Positions 48,401-59,000 of a DNA stretch of 64,000 nt are shown piece by piece. The number at the start of each line of letters is the position of its first letter. The stretch's first letter is position 1. The stretch is from a virus. Taxonomy: Duplodnaviria > Caudoviricetes. The position numbers and the translations under genes are program-made. Where the stretch lies: positions 1-64,000 of the IMG/VR virus record IMGVR_UViG_3300008954_002687, one strand, 5' to 3'. The notes under the pieces are model-generated. The model ran no database searches. It worked only from the letters and a program-made list of their open reading frames with translations, and was not told the DNA's origin.

Positions 48401-48929
48401 AGAGGATCCTGCGTTCTTAGCACTGTCGCGATACGTAATCAGCACTAGTAAATTTACGTCGCTTCTCGCGATTTATAACGATATGGGTCTGCTGCCCTCT
48501 ATCGGAGAATTAACCACCGCGAAGGGCGCGAATAAAGAAGACTCCGGCAAACCCGGCATGATGTTTAACGCTGTGCCAAACGCCATGACAGGAGAGCCCG
48601 CCGGGCTTTCTTATAATGAAGGTTGGGAATTCGGAAATGACCGAAAACCTTCAAATTGGACATGGGGGATCCGAGAGTGGGACGATTGGGATAAGGTTTT
48701 GTTAAGAAAATCTAAATCCCGCATTAAGAAAGTTTTTAAAGCATTTTATAATATTAGAGATTTCAACTCTGAAGGAGATGGCGAGGGTCTTGATTTTACT
48801 AGAGTTTGGATCAATAATCTCAAAACCGCTATGTTACCGCCCGCCGGCATGAACCTTTTCAGTGGATGGGCTAAATGGCGCCGCCGGACTAATCCTTTCA
48901 ATGCCGACGGTAAATTATGCAAAAAGTGA
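42426..48929 (+). CDS. Very large (2167 aa) virion/baseplate protein
   Basis: Lies between the spike-like gene and gp25; Cys-containing helical core, hydrophobic segment, YVGYYH..GEAH motif. Confidence 0.7.
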   Translation: MAKSEFLKWQDRNNNLIHDACPEDDEFKEVKNCPDCKPNPNAVLPNWKKRKRDEPWFNDKYCTFQVTVPTHYASLISDSATDADYVKSMFQEYELSAIKSLLNNFNKKNDEYTQELLSEVIQYTKYDLAPNAASRVKLLYTIPYEHFAPLEDSINDDEDEEEEAGPRTVTYVAHEIAPKLNVFRRAMHLYGRYYRVFSAVESGTFVFDQAPLTGKVFTTGHFDSYGDGLGDRGSTMWGLLNSLDEWLNQKDYNIFGVGDISFFKTRVDKLEFTFSEEYKLVKLRAYAQGCPEAPITWKMDPEDMDGPLATLSNNEHWKDPTACAYFSRLEELEASITSRVETPWTEIIEKYTYPKVIAKFNYPREEVDDPSLTTASCVVEALDNEFKQLGQDILDDVFSIGDALAYAFNKNMCKKDLNEALDAKNHLGILYDPTKPQDKKNKKSMWAMAQEQAYKKLNKDDQVFARFCQSMGTAKVSSSSFFVKMFGSSDSKVLDEFYSMSEGGLDIVMSCGLFDMMLDAIKCLFKGLTLEQALASVAKAALESMNITNFGDLFVGLPPDKQAKLHEMVKKKLESGDFFKAGSGGEDASKRIENKDSTTAPENTPFFGEVKFIVPWKDKEAIDAEKKAQERPASSSRRTLAQQYQQADDARGAQTNVVMQAYVAALLDEYMDDLLGLVDMLNKYPGAQMIANIIALIDCPGPPMLEPSVMDFIKSIELPFCRDINGIVVPGFNNPFGWIPDWADLKKKIFEIFKMVIQQIVMSIMIKIIVKLCQMLGDAICKALEVVGDVATALPGMMTGRTQLADVIRDALCGEDASQQQVEDTVADMFAKLGVGGAALADKNAVMNFAGDLSSAVTTQELNDALTGNASDEFLEVADGLVEYEYPQFRNGLRNKRAFADFFGAMGNLMPASVKAAMEDMLEAMPETGALPANPSLCASEEDLDNFQELRCTLLEGRATPTQCREMFDNMQNEKLEDLEDLANVLQKGIGEAIADQMPPLVSSPGCDDGLIPFEAEETVKGAGALFDATLKQVKVDFSQDMLGNGGLFAGDDDWGFINMILSDTNGMPLTAHHRLTYRDRDRVDFVVAQGAEDNGDWWASLFPDPPAKKKQEGQYPGLVAGWLRKSMSEMNTNFDSNNDWQDAEVFYRSFEDLGFDGMWGSRPDINLISMPDYGYNVKFGVQYQNEQLKITRAGRKDHTDIQLQFRDNNMGAASAEKNQTYFSYGFNVNMYLSDLEETNGVIHNIESDNVRMSIVSVTNPLSAPINKHGKTEEEIEEEEEARAQILVDLITEGGTIEDILIKDRVYEFVSHESTLQDLDLSEYPKFASAFSTKQRYIPQVLLLQEMCSDNPADQPDIADVKTFYDSFITEIVAKLTGDVVGNLPSWSYGAKYDDLTVEDTEYVLKRGQAYLKDGSAAVGGTPYGDGYLPNADGKLKKITSDDSILGYSRMEHKELRGTSTRENRVFYLDPATYGGSYANPPFYIKPLKSDGWLGMVEVLFPELSPCKPQLTDLIDFADIEEEITKAYSLMPEDERIKNDPDCVMELPYNRILMRPNRAGIEGIILATCRIFASTHLLKSLATTTTFYPTFPSTFGSIYAAYVVESMEASLRDAQSAGWEFWNSFKDDEFWYAFLEQSVQMYSRRIDADPPTIEDPPAHVIDALNRINDMKERYTYPWSDDLDAARDAGEAQAWPWDTLDSWRTEKNFEAIQATEEDAKIVLKELVMTELNVMGKKFVDNLKAVGMVPKYKDMDYYFMQRFCTGGEGLDIDKEIIPEIQKLPTPENPDPNEDGSKFPGPYYTDGGELSTQPEGHDYVGYYHVSEDEMGNVIYMQGEAHSDTPHGELTVYADNIIIPIGDVADYRASGTTTAGAPFKLEKFIEINGERYMVETAYNKITSNDPEANLHDIYPGTLKTVTSTVTDPTTNEKYEKVVGIEGHMGVRYGLQLGLVIEGKTYGMTTVKMDALDLPVKSFKKFTGDSNILYCLIKMLKEDPAFLALSRYVISTSKFTSLLAIYNDMGLLPSIGELTTAKGANKEDSGKPGMMFNAVPNAMTGEPAGLSYNEGWEFGNDRKPSNWTWGIREWDDWDKVLLRKSKSRIKKVFKAFYNIRDFNSEGDGEGLDFTRVWINNLKTAMLPPAGMNLFSGWAKWRRRTNPFNADGKLCKK

Positions 48930-48955
48930 GTATTTATGATAAGAGGGACTAAAAC

Positions 48956-49321
48956 ATGGCTTCAATAGGAGTTAGCCTGCCGCTGACAAAAGACTCAGCC
49001 GACGGGTTTACTATGCTTAAAACTCTGGCAACAACAATTAAGCAAAATTTTAAGATGTTGATACTCACAGATCCTGGAGAGCGCGTGATGACTCCAAATT
49101 ACGGAGTAGGACTTAGAACGTATTTGTTTTTAAACTATAGCGAGGATGCGCATGAAAAAATTAGGAGCAAGATCTTACAACAAACCTCTCTCTATATGCC
49201 GTCTGTTTCTATTCAGGCAATTGATTTTGGTATGGAGCCAGACTTAAATAAGCTGTCTGTTCATATTCGATATGCAATACCCAATATAGGAATAGAGGAT
49301 TTATTAGAGTTTACTATTTAA
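48956..49321 (+). CDS. Baseplate wedge protein, gp25/GPW-like
   Basis: KQNFKMLILTDPGERVMTPNYGVGLRTYLF...YMPSV. Confidence 0.88.
   Translation: MASIGVSLPLTKDSADGFTMLKTLATTIKQNFKMLILTDPGERVMTPNYGVGLRTYLFLNYSEDAHEKIRSKILQQTSLYMPSVSIQAIDFGMEPDLNKLSVHIRYAIPNIGIEDLLEFTI
49313..49320 (+). promoter_or_regulatory. Putative late promoter
   Basis: ACTATTTA upstream of GAGG and the gp6 start; the related GTATTTAT at 48930 precedes gp25. Confidence 0.5.
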
Positions 49322-49334
49322 TAGTGAGGTTTTT

Positions 49335-51134
49335 TTGATGGCTGACGAACAGAAGAAAATTTTACCGATTAACTATACTCACAGAGAGTATCAGGGCATC
49401 CGGCAAGACCTGCTGCAACTGGCAGAAAGATACTACCCAGAAAATTTTCAAGATTTTAGCGAAGCTTCATTTGGAGCCCTGATGCTTGATGCGGTTGCGT
49501 ATGTCGGTGATCAACTATCATTATATCTAGATTACAACGTAAACGAGTCGTTTCTAGACACAGCATACCAGCTTAATAATGTTGTGCGCCATGGTCGCGT
49601 TCTCGGATATAAAAATCCCGGTCGACCCTCGACCCATGGCACAGCAGCTGTATACATTCAGGTACCGGCTACCACAACTGGAATGGGACCCGACACTCGC
49701 TATATTCCCACCATGCTGCGCGGGAGTTCGTTTACGTCTGATAACGGGCTGTCCTTTGTTTTAACAGAGAATATATCGTTTTCCGAACCAGTTAACCAAG
49801 TGGTTGTATCGCAGGTGGATAGCATCTCCGGCGCCCCCACTTACTATGCCATCAAAGCTTACGGAAACGTAGTCTCCGGTCGATTCTCACAGGAACAAGT
49901 TGTGGTGGGAGCTTTTGAGAGGTTTAAGCGTATCCGAGTGGCATCCCCAGATATTTCAGAGATCATCTCAGTGTTCGATTCCGAAGGAAATCAATATTTT
50001 GAAGTAGAGTATCTTGCTCAAGATATGGTATTCAAAGAGCTTGCTAACCAGAACTACAAGAGCGACAACGTCCCATCCATTTTAAAGCCAATGCTGGTAT
50101 CTAGAAAATTCACCGTAGAACGGGACATAGCAGACACATACCTGCAGTTTGGGAGCGGCAATGAGGCAGAATCGAATGTCGTCGCCAACCCACAACAAGT
50201 GGCAATTGACGTATTTGGAAAAAGCTATGTTACGGATACCACATTCGATCCAACGAGATTGTCTAAAAACAAGAATTATGGAATTTGCCCAGCAAACACA
50301 ACTTTAACCATTACCTATCGCACTACAAATCCGACCAACTCAAATGTTGCAGTGGGGTCACTAAATAGCGTAAGCACCGTGTTATTTGACTTTGAAGATC
50401 GGAGCAGCTTAAGCGGGCTCAATGTTCAAGCGGTCATCGACTCCGCGGAAGTCTCTAACGAGACGCCCATAGTCGGCAGCGTCGCCGAACCGTCAACATC
50501 GGAAATCAAGCGAAGAATCTTTGATACGTTTCCGACTCAAAATCGAGCAGTCACTCAAAGCGATTATGAAAATTTAGCCTACCGCATGCCGGGGAAGTAC
50601 GGTTCTCTCAAGAGAGTTTGCATTCAGAAAGACCAAGATTCCCTTAAAAGAAATTTAAATATGTATGTTATTTCGGAGGATAGCTTTGGAATGCTTACAA
50701 AAACTAACGCAACCATAAAAAATAATTTAAAAACTTGGCTTGAACAGTATAGAATGATTAATGACACTGTGGACATTCTCGATCCACATATTATCGATAT
50801 AGGAATTGATTTCGTTATCAAAACTGCACCCGGCGCAAACCGCACCGATACGTTAAACGCCGGTATCTTAGCCTTGACAGCAAAATACGAAGAGTCGTTC
50901 TTCATTGCCGAGTCTATGTCAATTAGCAGTATTTATAGTACACTCAGCCAAGTTGAGGGTGTCTTAGACGTTGTTACGGTAAAACTACACAATAAACTCG
51001 GAGGAAGTTATTCTTCAGTTGCATTTAATGTTCAAAAGAACCTATCGCCAGATGGTTCATCGCTAGTTGCACCGGCAAACGCCATATTTCAGATTAAGTA
51101 CCCTTCTGTAGATATCAGAGGAAAGGTCAGGTAG
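49335..51134 (+). CDS. Baseplate wedge protein, T4 gp6/baseplate J-like
   Basis: INYTHREY..., DFSEASFG, AYVGDQLS.YLD..NESFL.TA, LQFGSG, QNRAVTQSDY. Confidence 0.88.
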   Translation: MMADEQKKILPINYTHREYQGIRQDLLQLAERYYPENFQDFSEASFGALMLDAVAYVGDQLSLYLDYNVNESFLDTAYQLNNVVRHGRVLGYKNPGRPSTHGTAAVYIQVPATTTGMGPDTRYIPTMLRGSSFTSDNGLSFVLTENISFSEPVNQVVVSQVDSISGAPTYYAIKAYGNVVSGRFSQEQVVVGAFERFKRIRVASPDISEIISVFDSEGNQYFEVEYLAQDMVFKELANQNYKSDNVPSILKPMLVSRKFTVERDIADTYLQFGSGNEAESNVVANPQQVAIDVFGKSYVTDTTFDPTRLSKNKNYGICPANTTLTITYRTTNPTNSNVAVGSLNSVSTVLFDFEDRSSLSGLNVQAVIDSAEVSNETPIVGSVAEPSTSEIKRRIFDTFPTQNRAVTQSDYENLAYRMPGKYGSLKRVCIQKDQDSLKRNLNMYVISEDSFGMLTKTNATIKNNLKTWLEQYRMINDTVDILDPHIIDIGIDFVIKTAPGANRTDTLNAGILALTAKYEESFFIAESMSISSIYSTLSQVEGVLDVVTVKLHNKLGGSYSSVAFNVQKNLSPDGSSLVAPANAIFQIKYPSVDIRGKVR

Positions 51135-51141
51135 AAAACAC

Positions 51142-53070
51142 ATGATTAGAAAATATACAGCATCTGCTGATACCACCATTGTTAACGCCTATCAGCCCAA
51201 TTTATCGACTCGTGGAACTGGTTCCAATATGGGGATGGCAGATGTTATGGAGGTTTTCTCCGTTTACGGAAGGCAGACACCCAGTAGCTCTGCCGCACAA
51301 GGATCTCAAGAATTATCGCGATTGCTAATCAAATTTCCTACTGCAGGAATTTCAGCCGACAGAACAAGTGGATTGGTGCCTGCCAGTGGCAGTGTAAGGT
51401 TCTATCTTAGTTTATATAATGCTCAGATTTCCAAGACAACACCGCGCGATTATAAGCTTGTAGTTCATGCTGTTTCACAGTCATGGGAAGAGGGCGTCGG
51501 ATTAGATTTAGAAGGCTACAAAGATTACACGAAGGGCAACACCGGCGCCAACTGGATTGACAGAATTAGTAAGGACGTCCCCGAGATCACCAAGTTTGTG
51601 TTTGGCTCTGGTGATCCGACAAAATACGCCGCCGGCGCCGGCGCAAACTATGTAAAGCTTTATAACACGTCTACTCGGTACAATTTTTGGTTTAAAAATA
51701 CCGGCGCCGACTCACTCCCAGACGCAGACGGAACGGAGATCCGAGTCGACATCAACGGCTTAGGATCAGCAGCCGCCATCGCCGGCGCATTTCAAACCAC
51801 AGCTTCTGCTCAGAGTGGCTTCTCAGCTAATATCGATGGCGCCACAGTCTATGTTACAGCTAGCAATTCTGGCTCCTCAACGGATACTAGTGTTTACGGG
51901 ACTTTGAGTTATTTGACCGTCTCTGTTCCTCAAGCCGGCGGCAATGCTTCTCGCTGGCAAAGTGTTGGTGGAAGCTATTTGACAGGCGGCTCTTATCCGT
52001 TCTTTGAGCAGTCGTTTGAAACCGGATTAGAAGATCTAGAAGTAGATATTACCGGCTTGGTCGAAAGTTGGATTGCCGGCACCTATGAAAACTACGGAGT
52101 GGGCGTACACCTATCCCGCTCATATGAAGCGTATTTCTCGGGTTCCGATGGTGAGAACAGCGGCAGCGTCCTTAACAATACCGATGGCGCCACCAAATCT
52201 TATTATACAAAGCGCTTCTTTGCGCGAGGATCACAGTATTGGTTTAAGCGCCCACGCATTGAAGCGAGATGGGACGACACCAAGCAGGACCAACGCGGAG
52301 ACTTTCATTATAGTTCATCGTTAGCGCCTGCCGCCGACAACTTAAACACCATTTTTCTTTACAATTACGTCCGCGGTCGCTTGGTAAACATTCCGAACAT
52401 CGGAACTGGCAATCCTTATGTGAGCCTTTACTCAGGCTCCTCAGACAATTCTGCCCCAACCGGCTCCAAGTTGTCGTCCATTGCCGCCAGCACTCCTATC
52501 GGCGCCGGCGTCAAGAACATAACCGGCGCATATGTCTCGACCGGCATCTACTCCTGCGACATAGGGATCGCCTCTTCATCAATCACACACTTGTTCGATG
52601 TTTGGCACGACGGCACCACCGAATACTTTACCGGTTCAATCCAGCCGATACTTCAAGATGGCGAAATGACGCGTCGAACACCGATTCACTACCTCAACAT
52701 CACCAATCTTCAGAACGAATATAGGGCTGATGAGACCGCACGCATGTACCTTTATGTAAGAGATAAGAACTGGAGCCCAACAGTTTACACACAAGCCAAT
52801 ACTAACGTGGCAACGACTGCTATTCAAAGCGCATCTTATCGGGTATATCGAGTGCTGGACGGATACCCAGCGATCAGACACAACACTGGATCAAATTATG
52901 CAACTGGGCTATCCTACGATGTGTCTGGAAATTACTTTGACTTGAACATGAAACTACTGGAACCCGGATATGAATACGCGGTCAAGTTTGCGTTCTATAA
53001 CAGCGAACTCAGCACGTGGAATGAACAAGACGACACATTTAAGTTCCGAGTAGAAGACTATGAGTATTAA
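51142..53070 (+). CDS. Baseplate/structural protein, Ser/Gly-rich beta protein
   Basis: ADTTI, SRLLIKF, SWEEGVG, VDIT..V..W, RPRIEARWDD, SYDVSGNYFDLNM; many SGS/TGS/SAS motifs. Confidence 0.7.
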   Translation: MIRKYTASADTTIVNAYQPNLSTRGTGSNMGMADVMEVFSVYGRQTPSSSAAQGSQELSRLLIKFPTAGISADRTSGLVPASGSVRFYLSLYNAQISKTTPRDYKLVVHAVSQSWEEGVGLDLEGYKDYTKGNTGANWIDRISKDVPEITKFVFGSGDPTKYAAGAGANYVKLYNTSTRYNFWFKNTGADSLPDADGTEIRVDINGLGSAAAIAGAFQTTASAQSGFSANIDGATVYVTASNSGSSTDTSVYGTLSYLTVSVPQAGGNASRWQSVGGSYLTGGSYPFFEQSFETGLEDLEVDITGLVESWIAGTYENYGVGVHLSRSYEAYFSGSDGENSGSVLNNTDGATKSYYTKRFFARGSQYWFKRPRIEARWDDTKQDQRGDFHYSSSLAPAADNLNTIFLYNYVRGRLVNIPNIGTGNPYVSLYSGSSDNSAPTGSKLSSIAASTPIGAGVKNITGAYVSTGIYSCDIGIASSSITHLFDVWHDGTTEYFTGSIQPILQDGEMTRRTPIHYLNITNLQNEYRADETARMYLYVRDKNWSPTVYTQANTNVATTAIQSASYRVYRVLDGYPAIRHNTGSNYATGLSYDVSGNYFDLNMKLLEPGYEYAVKFAFYNSELSTWNEQDDTFKFRVEDYEY

Positions 53071-56000
53071 GAAACTCTTTGGCGAGACCGTAGGAGACCT
53101 ACAGTCAGCCGATTATAAAAACCAGAAAGAAACTTTCGAACCAATAGAGTCAGCGCGAAATGCGGAAGCTATTGAATTGAAACAAAATACGTTTGTACCG
53201 CAAGTGGACTTTGCGGAACCAGAAAACTTCGCTAAGTATGGCTCGGCTTATCTTTATTATAGCGGCGCGATGAACAGGATCTTGGATTTCTATCCTTACG
53301 ATGGCTCAAAAGCTGAAAAGAACGAGTTTTACAATGGATTGATGGGGGTCGAGAAATATGTTTTCGACAATCTTTATCCGAAGTCTACTGGTTATGCGGT
53401 TTTAAGTCCCGCCGGCTATACCCGTGTTGGCGACATGACTTCGGATGGCTACGGTACTCCAAGCTCATACGAATACATCACGTTCAAGGGTGGACCCGGA
53501 ACAGGCTCTGCCGGCAGCACATTGGTGTCGAAATCGCCAAACGCTTACTCGAACAAGTTTAACTACAGTAACATATATGACACGGACATTTATACTACGG
53601 AGAACCTGCCAACTGATTATGGTAAAGGCACTCGACAATCGAACTTAAAGGCTAATTTTGATACCGGCGTAACCGTTGAATTTTGGCTGAAGAAAGAGGC
53701 TTTCGATGTTACTGCAACCCAGCAAGAAGTTGTTTTCGATCTTTGGAACAGCGCAAGCGTTGGAAACACAGACTACGGGCGATTGACGATTACGATTCAA
53801 GGTTCTTCGGGCTCGGCAACGCCATTCCTATTAACAGCGCAATCCGGCACTGTATCAGCTTCCTTTGTTACTCAGTCGATAGGAAGCGGTCTTACGCCTA
53901 GTTCTCTAACGTCTTGGGGACACTATGCTTTCGTCTTCCAAAATTCTGGCTCGATGCTCAAGACCCAACTGTATGTTAATGGCTATATTAACGACGTCAC
54001 ATCTTCCTTCTCAACTCCCGGTACAACAAACGGAAGCTTGGGAGAGATCACCGGAAGTATGATCGGTCGCATCGGCGCACTTATAACTAATCCGATGACC
54101 AACCGAGTCTCTGCAAGCTCTGCGCGCAATGGCGATGGCAGGCTATCAGCGTCTCTTGACGAATTCCGTTATTGGAAAGTTGCACGAAATGCGCAGCAAA
54201 TTGGAGAGAGCTTCTTCGTGCCCGTAGGCGGCGGCGTAAACACAGATATTTCTAACACGACCTTGGGTGTCTATTATAAATTTAACGAGGGCATAACCAC
54301 TGTAGCCGCCACGGATAGCATTGTTTTGGACTATGCTGGGCGCGTAACTAACGGCGCTTGGACTGGATACACAAGTACCTCTCGAAACACCGGTTCTGCG
54401 ATTGTATCTGCGTCAGCCGCTTCTCGGGAAGATCCAGATCCGATTATGCGCTCGCAGCATACAGATGTATCAACATTACAAACTAATTTGTTGGAATCGG
54501 GTTCGTTCTATGATTCAAATAACAATTCTTCGTTTATTAATTATGCGCCGGCGTGGGTTATTGAAGAGCACGAAAATGAAGGCAATGATAACTTAAAGAT
54601 TATTTCGCACATCATGGGTGCTTACTTCGACAAAATGTATTTGCTGACCAGTCAGATGCCAGCGCTGCGTCAGACAACTTATACAACAGCGTCTCATCGA
54701 CCCTACCCCTTTGCGCACCATTTGCCACAGTCGCTTGGCTTATATTCGCCAGAAATATTTGTGGATTCTACGATTTTAGAGAAATTTGAGAGTCGAACAG
54801 AGAAAGAACTTTTTGAAAGCAAGCTGGTCGACGCCAAGAATCTCATTTACCTCAATCTTTATAATAACTTAACAAACATATACAAATCTAAGGGCACCGA
54901 AAAATCAATTCGAAATGTCATGAGATGTTTCAACCTCGATGACTCGCTCCTTAAACTAAAAGTTTATAATCGGGACAACACATATCAACTAAAGAACAAT
55001 CTGCAACAATCAATGTTGGATCGTTCATCGCTAGACTTTAACCAGTCGGGCAATATTCATGCGGTTGTTTATCAGGCGCTAACAGGAACAGCCACGCCGG
55101 TTTCTAGAGGCGGTCAGGCTCTTGGATATATAAGTGCATCACGCGGCACCGCCGGCGCCTATAACGCAGAAGCACGCTACGGCGCCACTATCGAGGCATC
55201 GCTGACGCTGCCAAAATTCTTTTCCACTAACGACAAGTTTAATAGAACGTGGATCTCCTCATCGCTGTTTGGATTATACCAAGTTACAACGGGTAGTATC
55301 ACAAACGAGAGTGGTTCAGCAACCACACTGAGAGCCTCCGACGAGACAAACTTCCAAATCTTTGCAGTCCGCGACGCAGAATATTCTAAGAATGTAAGAT
55401 TCTTATTAACTTCTTCAATCTCCCCTCATCCGATACCAACGTTGAGCAGTTCGACTTTCCCCGGCGCCTATGATGATTCGCAATGGAACTTATCCGTAAG
55501 AATTAAGCCGAGAGGCTATCCGCTCGATGGAATGGTGACTGGATCAACTACAAACTATCCATATGATGTTATATTCCGAGGCGTCAACACTATCCTTGGC
55601 ACAGTTCGAAATTCATTCGAAGTTACCGGTGTGATGGGCGCCCCAACTCATTACCCAGCCGGCTATAGCGCAGCTAACTCATACTTAAGCGGCACAAATT
55701 TCCTGCATAGCGCGAAGAGAGTTTATGCCGGCGCACGCAGAACAAACCTTACGGGAACAGTTTTAAACCCGTCTGACGTGAGATTCAGCAGCATAAAGTA
55801 CTGGACTAAAGTATTAGACAACCTTTCCCTAGATCAGCATGTTTACGACTTAGAAAACGCAGGAATTTCCGGATCTTATCGGGAGATCGCGCCACGAGAT
55901 ACAAACAATGCCGGCTTAGACTTAACAAACGCCAACACTATCGCATTAAATTGGAGATTTGACAACTTAACTAGCTCCAACGCCGGCGGATACTTTAATG

Positions 56001-59000
56001 TGACAGACTATAGCTCTGGCTCTGCGCTATTGAGAGACAACTACGGCTGGCTCGGAGAGGTGGTGGGCTATCAACACGGTGGTTATGGCTGGGGATTCCC
56101 GCCTTTAGAGAAAGCAGTTGTCCAAAAGCAACTTACAAACGTGTTCAAGTTCATTGATCCGGAGCAAGCTGTTTCGTCTGACATGATCCAAATTTTAGAC
56201 AAGGATGACGAGGTGTTCGGCGTGGTTGAAACAGTACCCGACTTCATCTATACTTTGGAGAAGAGCCAACAGCAAGCAGTTTCTGACGAGATGCTTGACT
56301 TTTTTGCCGGCGTAATCGACTTTAATAACTTAATCGGCGCTCCCATCAATCGATATCGAGATCGATACAAAAATCTGGAGAAATTAAGAGAGGCATTTTA
56401 TAGAAGAGTAACAGCCGTCACCGATGTTGAGAAATTTGTAGGCTACTATAAGTGGTTTGATGATGCCATCACAGAGATTGTATCTCAGCTTGTTCCAGCA
56501 TCTTCCAACTTAGTAGAAGGAGTGCTAAACACAATCGAACCAACCGTGCTAGATCGCTCGAAATACGAAACCAAATATCCCACTCTCGATGCTCAAGTGC
56601 CCGATCTTGTGGGAGTTGTGGGGGGCGAAGCGGAATCCGCGTGGGACGCAAAATTAGAGCGCACGACTGTTCCTCGATCACCTCGCGACACAACTCGCCA
56701 CGTTCCTTTCTGGAAGACTCGCGCAATTCGCTCCGCCGATGAGATCTCTGCCGCACGCTTTGTAGGCGCCGCAGCGGCAGCAATCATTGATGCCCAACGC
56801 GAAACGTTTAGAAAAGTTATTGTCTCTGCACCTCACATGAGTCGATCTGCACCGACTTTCTACGACCACAAAACGAACAACACATACACCGGCAACGCGT
56901 TTAAGATCAACACCCTTTCGAAGTTATTCAAAGTCACAGCAGACAAAAAATACGACACCCGCGGAAGTATCAAGGGAGGAGTAAATTTTGATGCTAACAA
57001 AAATATACACTTTACATACGCTGCCCTACATCCAGCGGGTCCAGTAGACCAGTCCGGCGGGCGATTTGTCCCTCAAAATGTTTTAATAGCCTTTATGAAG
57101 GATTTGGTTGCGCTCCCATACGATAACGATCCAAAACTGCCGATAGAAAAGATAAAGAGGTACATTACTGTAAATCATGGTCGCGCCAAAGTCGGAGAAA
57201 GCGATGAACATCTCAAATCATCATTGGTGTTCCCCTTCAATCTCATCAGTTCGTCGGTCAAGACCGGATACCAGAAAGAAGTTTATGACAGATTAACAGC
57301 AAGCTTTGAAATAACTAACCTCCATAACGACGTTTATGGACCAGATATGGAAAAGCCGTTGCAGGGACCATTTACTGAGCATGTGGTTGGCGGACACCAG
57401 TCGAGACACGTTCGTGTAAACTATAGTAGTTCTACGCACCCATTAGATACATGGAGAACGCGCCCCGAAGCATGGAAGATCTTGCTCGGAACTTGCGATG
57501 CCACATTCACAGGCGCCATCGGAATGGTCGGCGCCGATTACCCATGGCCAGAGTGGAACGGATATCCCGACGTTCCCGGGAATTACCCAGCGTATCCGAT
57601 GACTGCAGCTTTGAAGGCGGTTTATTATCGTGATGTTGTGGCAAAGCGCCCGGTCAACATCAAGAATATCAAACTCACGACCGGCTCAACCATCCTAGGA
57701 AATTACAGACACACATATGATTTTGTGAACACCGTCGGGACCTTTAACAACCCCCGCGGCTTCATAGAGAACCAGCCGACATTTCCCGCAAACGTGTTCC
57801 AAACACATACAACAGGCGCCACATCAACCAATACCATCTTGGACATGCCGCGACTCTTACGCCCGGGAACCGTCCCTGCCGCAATTCAAGACAGTCACTT
57901 TACCTTTGTTGGCGATTACTCCACATCTTATTTGACAAGCGCGATTAACAAGTCAGTTATTGTGGGGAGATTCTCAAACCATGGCGGACCAGAAGTACAG
58001 TCGAGAGGACACCAAGATTTCAGATCCTCCGAGTATTCAGTCTACAATGCTCTTAACTTTAAGAATTTAACGGTTATCAAGCCCTCACAAGGACCCAGCG
58101 GCACAATTTCGGAAACTGAGGGCATCCGCGTATCGGATATTCACGGATTCGACTATGGATTGCGCTCACAGCTTTCGCGACACACGGCGCGATTTGGTCG
58201 CGACTCATTGTTTGTGACAAGTACAGCTGTTCCTTATGGTAATGCCGCACCCGGAGGTACCTACAATCAATTGCCCGGCTTCCACAAAGTCCACCGTAAT
58301 AATGTGGGGCGCCCTAAGTGTCTTGATACAATTACTTATGGATACAATAAAGCGCTTACAAACAGTTCCGGTTATGATTTCGGCGCTGCCAATTATTTAT
58401 CGACGCTCATTTTGACTGGCGCAGACAACAACGATGCGACCAATACCATCATGCCTTTAATCGGCGCTGTTACATCAAGCGGTCTCTCATGGACCGGCTG
58501 GATCAACTTTGGAGATCAGGGATCCGCCGTGACCCAGAGCGTCACAGCTCTTGGTTTACGCCATACTGACAAAACCTTTTTCGAAATTCAGAAAACACAC
58601 GGTTCAGGCGAGTACAAATTTCAAGTATACTTACGTCTTCAAAATACCGCCGGCGGATGGAGAACCGGCGGCGGAGCGGGCGACTATAATTTATGGGAGT
58701 TCACTTCCACTGATAATTGGTCTTCGGGATGGAACCACTTTTCGGTTGTGTGGGATGCCAGCGCCGTCTCCAATGGCTCTCTGGCTTCAGTTGCTGACAA
58801 ATACATGAAGATTTACTATAATGGAGTCGATACAGAAGCCTCGCGGGTAGATAGCAACACAACTAAAAACTATTATAGCACATGGGATGCAACCAAATCT
58901 GGAGCATTTGGGTTTTCTACTCCTCCCAACAACATTGTCGTAACCTATAACGGCGCATTTTCGATTGGCGGAGACTTCACCGGTCTTCGCCCCATGTCAG

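Noticed and set aside
51620-52510. Frequent GCCGGCGCC/GGCGCC words
   Set aside because: Explained by Ala-Gly-Ala codons, irregularly spaced; a k-mer test would be needed to claim more
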